A DNA stretch of 63,488 nucleotides, the filler included, from Globobulimina sp. (Eukaryota), in NCBI GenBank assembly GCA_003354225.1. It is 29 parts of 29 records of this genome, joined end to end, with 100 filler letters (N's around TTAATTAATTAA, not from the genome) between each part and the next. Parts side by side here need not be neighbours in the genome. Positions count along the whole stretch, not along the records: positions 59,207 to 61,297 come from PIVH01009074.1; positions 61,398 to 63,488 come from PIVH01009075.1; 27 more parts are not named here. The stretch is one strand, 5' to 3'. Of the stretch, positions 59,207-63,488 are shown in pieces. Each line of letters begins with the position of its first letter. Within the stretch, counting starts at the first letter, position 1. The notes below the pieces were generated by a model. The model was not told where the DNA came from and did no database searches. It worked only from the letters and a program-made list of their open reading frames with translations. Both the position numbers and the translations under genes were made by a program.

Positions 59207-61212
59207 AATTTACTGCAAATGCAATCGCGTTTTGTGAGCAATAAATCTGGCAAAAATAGAGCATTATTATGCAGAGACAGATATGACATAAAAGAGGGAT
59301 TTTTGAAGAAAATATCAAGAAAGCGAGATATTAAGTATTTATTCATTTTATTCACTGACTTATTGATTTATTGTTCGATTGCACCAAATAACAAATTAAA
59401 ATTGCATCAGACGCTAGAATTTAAAAATTGTTTCGCAATCAAAGAAAGTTAATAATATACTTTATATTAAATATATTTTCTTGCAAATTAAATTTAATCA
59501 AACAATTTGCAGTTGATAACAACAGGAAATATGGAAATAAGTGTTTCCAAATTCAGTCAATACGCAAATCGTTTTTATGCGTTTGCGAAAGTACACAGGT
59601 TCGCGACTTATGGTGCACCCAAATCCAACAATGTTTGACGAAAATGGCTTGTTTTCCAGCTCCGCACTCGACGTTGGATGCGCATTTTGCTCCTATTTGG
59701 TTTCCTGATGATTTCAGCGAAGAATGTATGAGTTTTGACTGCAATGCAAAATTTACATTTACTCGACGCAGATATCACTGTCAATATTGCGGCAATTTGA
59801 TATGTTTGGCATGCTCGAAATATCAGCTTCCACATTTTAATTATAATAAAAATATTTATCAGATGGTGCTGGATTATACAAACAATAAATTAGAAACGTT
59901 ACGCGTTGGAATTGACTGTTTCAAGAAATATCAATCTCATTTTGGCGATATATTTGCCGATAAAAGCTATCAAATCCAACGGCAAAGTCAAGCATTTGCA
60001 TATAAAAAGAAACGGAGTTCGCTTATTTCGAGTATCAAAATCAAACGACATTCATTTACTGCCCGTTCCCGTGCACTCTCAGTTTCGTCCAACTCGTTGA
60101 CGCCAAGTCAGAGCTCTTCGACGTTGGCCACATTCAATGCGTTGCAAATACACCAAAACGAAAATAAAAGTGATAAAATGCCATTGTCGTGGCATTATTT
60201 CCAAAATTTGAATTTGGTAAAAAGCAAAGATTGGATGGATACAAACACTGAGAAACCAATCACACCAAATCATAATCAGCAACAGCAGCAATTGCAACAT
60301 GTACAGGACGTGAAGACCGGAACTGTTGTGGACAAATTTCGTGTGGTTGTGGAGAATATTGCATTGTATAAAGATGTGGCATTAGAAAATGAAATATTGT
60401 GCCTTCATATGGATAATGAAGAGACTTTGGACGGATATTACTTTGATGATAGCTTACAAAGTGTTTATTTGTGTAAATACAAATTGTTTGTATCGAGTAT
60501 GGATGTTCGAGAAGTTGGCGATGAAGAATTGGAAATAAATGTACCTGGTTTTAGTGAAATTATATTGTCATTGGATGAGTTTATGAAAAATAGACCAAAA
60601 CCAGCGGCGTTGCACAATAAAAACATATTAATTGGTGACTGTGAGCGCGAGGCACCGGTGTCGGTGCCATTGATTTTGGTCGATGTTGCCGAGGATGACG
60701 CTTTTAGAAAGAAACAGAGATTGCTTCATAAAAAAATCACGACGGAAATATTGAATAAATATAAAAATATCGAATGTAACGTTGAAGAGTATGAGAACAA
60801 AGAAAATGAGGTATTATATTTGATGTAATTTGTAATTATATTATTTGTACTTATTTAGGATGGAAATATTGAATCATTCGCACATAATTTGGCCCAATTT
60901 GTAACGAACGAAGGTGTGGATTTAGATGTGGTTATCAATGAAATCGATGATACAAAAAAAATAAATGATGCATCTGTCTTGATATTGGAGAAAATGTCAA
61001 AGGTAACAATTCGAAGCAAATTAGTGGATTCAGTGGAATATGTTGATTGTATTAAAATTGTTTGCAAAGATTCGAATGAAACAAATATTAAAAGAACATT
61101 GACCATCCCTTGTGATAAATTAATTGAGTTATTACGCTTTGATAGTGACAAAAATACAAATAACGTTAGTAACCGTCATAATTATCCAAATATTGGTTTA
61201 TTAAGTTTGTAA
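59207..61212 (+). CDS. PH plus FYVE domain protein, multi-exon (5'-partial)
   Basis: KEGFLKK...ILFTDLLIYC (PH); WFPDD...CM...FTFTRRRYHCQYCGNLICLAC (FYVE). Confidence 0.85.
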
Positions 61213-61397
61213 GAAATGGTTTGATACTATTACCAATTTCTACTTTTTTTTTTATTTTTTTTTTCTTGCTTTATTTTTTAACGCTTTCTTTTTTTTTNNN
61301 NNNNNNNNNNNNNNNNNNNNNNNNNNNNNNNNNNNNNNNNNTTAATTAATTAANNNNNNNNNNNNNNNNNNNNNNNNNNNNNNNNNNNNNNNNNNNN

Positions 61398-63421
61398 TAC
61401 AAAATGGTTTATTTTGTATTCATCCAATGTTGCATTATCATTCATTATACTATTTGGATTATAAGAATTATTTCTGTATAAACGCATCACATTAATGAAT
61501 GATTCTACATATGTTGCAAATCAAATGCACCAAAAACATCAGCTTCAATATAATAATGTTTATCTGTGTCAGAATAATATGGATGGCCATTATGTAAGAC
61601 ATTAATTTGTTGTTTATTTCCTGTGCACCACACTCGACATACTTGCACATAAAAATATATTTTGAATAACTGACAAGTTGTTTCTTCATTATATTCATAG
61701 TTTTTATCCAATTTCCATCGTATTCGTAATGGCTTCTTATTTTGTTTGTTAATATATTCAGTGTCTGCTAATAATTGGAACCGTATATCATTGATATAAT
61801 TTGCATTCACTGCAAATAATTTAATCTTAAATTCATGATTATTCTCTGTATCTGGTACAATAATACATAATCTATCCGATACATCAATTATCTGCTGTTT
61901 TTTTTCCAATCTCGGCGGCTCAAACAATTCTTGATCATATTTATTTATTATTTGTATTGACTCGTATTTTTCATCATTGATATTTGATGTTTCATAGATT
62001 TCCTTCGGATAAAGTTTTTTATAGGATGGTATAACCGCTTTTTTTGGTAAAAATAAAGATTTCGCAAAAGAAAATAAATCAGATACTGTTTTTCGCATTT
62101 TCCTTTTTTTTTGTGTCTTAACATTTGATATGCTTTTCTCAATAAACACGCTAACATGAAATGGTTGTTCCATCGCATTAATTTGTCGCAATGTATCCAT
62201 TGTTCCTTTAACAAATAATGGTTCTGATGCATCATATTTATCGATCACTGATGAGCCTATTTTGTAGTTTATATCAACTTCCTTATTCTTTATATTTCTA
62301 ATTATTTTTCTGGATAACGCCCTTTTAAACAAATTGGTCATTAATTCATCCAAAATATCAAAAGTCATCCAAAATGCAATGGGATACTCAACAGTATGTT
62401 CCTTATTTTTACCATCTACAAAATGGAAAATAAATCGCAAAATTTGGTTTTCTAAACAAAATGCTGATTTTAATTGTTTGGAAGATAAATCCAATCCTTT
62501 TAAATGATTTTTATCGGATTCATTCGAAATAGCACTCTTAAACTCTGCTTCTTTATAACCAGATACAATTTTGGCAACATTTTCATCTGAAAAGCGTATA
62601 AATATAATTATATAATACATAAAATATGATATATGAACACAACTTGCAATATGAATAAGCTCTTGTTCAGTGCTATATTCTTCTTTTGAATCAACTTTCT
62701 TTTCCTCTTTAGAGTCATCTTCTGTCCATTGTTCTGAGTCTGTGGATTCGTCATTTTCGGTCGGTTCCAATGGTTGGTCATTTTCGGTCGGTTGCAATGG
62801 TTCGTCATCATTTTGTTTGAGATCTTGATCGGAAAAGAAAAAATATTTTGCTACCGGCCAATGGGATATACAGCAGTTGAAAATATCAGGTTTAGTTTGA
62901 ATTAGATCAAAGATTGATTTGTTAGTTTTGTCTTTAATATCGTAGAGATGCGATTTATTATAAAATGGTAATAATAACGCGATGCAATCGATTTTGTCGG
63001 AATATACCGCATAATGCAATGGAGTTCGGTTGAAATTGTCTGGTGCGATGAATGATGTTTTATCGATCATTTCCGATGAAAATAAAAAATAATGTAATAA
63101 TAAAATAGAAGTATCAATGTCGACACACTGTCCATTCATACATAAATCGTGAATAACATTGCAATTTGTTGTATTTGTTAAATTAAAATCAGGTTTAAAT
63201 TCTTTTTCCAAGTTCATAATAAACTGCTTTTTCTGCAGAGCATTTGCCATTTCATTTTTCCATAACACCGCCATCCATAAATATTGTTGTGATTTGCCAT
63301 AAGGAGACCGCAATACATTTACAATATTGCCACTCACATTGTTTTGTTTGATTAATTGCTTCAATCGTTTCGAAATATTGTTATAATCACATTTTCGAAC
63401 ATCCGAAAATAATGTTTTCAA
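61398..63421 (-). CDS. Ankyrin-repeat protein, probably spliced (3'-partial)
   Basis: DNFNRTPLHYAV...IALLL...DKTNKSIFDL; acidic linker with LQPTENDQP-type repeats. Confidence 0.65.
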
Positions 63422-63488
63422 TGTGTTTTAATATGATATAATATTAACAACATTCTTTTTTCCAACTTTCGTGGGTTAATTGCCCATT

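Noticed and set aside
2095-61397. Regularly spaced TTAATTAATTAA motif, and ORFs ending in X runs
   Set aside because: Artificial linker between concatenated contigs; ORF ends inside it are not real stops
828-63421. Non-standard genetic code
   Set aside because: Conserved genes (dynein, IFT140, ENPP, PP2C, IscU) read through with the standard code and TAA, TAG and TGA all act as stops; most interruptions are explained by GT-AG introns
1-63488. Gene neighbourhoods or operons spanning adjacent contigs
   Set aside because: Contigs are ordered by length, so adjacency across spacers has no biological meaning

Overview
This window is not one locus. It is 29 unrelated contigs of about 2.09 kb, sorted by decreasing length and joined by artificial 100-nt spacers (N44-TTAATTAATTAA-N44), so no synteny can be read across spacers. 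Most contigs are AT-rich, gene-dense eukaryotic nuclear DNA with short GT-AG introns and the standard code. The gene families (SPRY and MATH proteins with an 'FGYI..IP..I..L...Y' head, SAM-tailed receptors, ART-like, TRAF/RING, a caspase-like protein, axonemal dynein, IFT140) suggest a rhizarian, probably foraminiferan, protist. This taxonomy is an inference, and other organisms may be mixed in. The main signal is two contigs from a Polinton/Maverick (adintovirus-type) element. One carries penton, a basic core-like protein and a major capsid gene split by four spliceosomal introns, which the ORF track misses. The other carries the packaging ATPase, two accessory ORFs and a foldback repeat array. 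Also notable: a spliced SAM plus trypsin-fold protein with Cys at the nucleophile position, a 39-codon CaaX-terminated ORF, two related tRNA-like elements, two MITE-like elements and a palindrome-rich non-coding contig. All homology calls come from motif recognition by eye; no database search was run.
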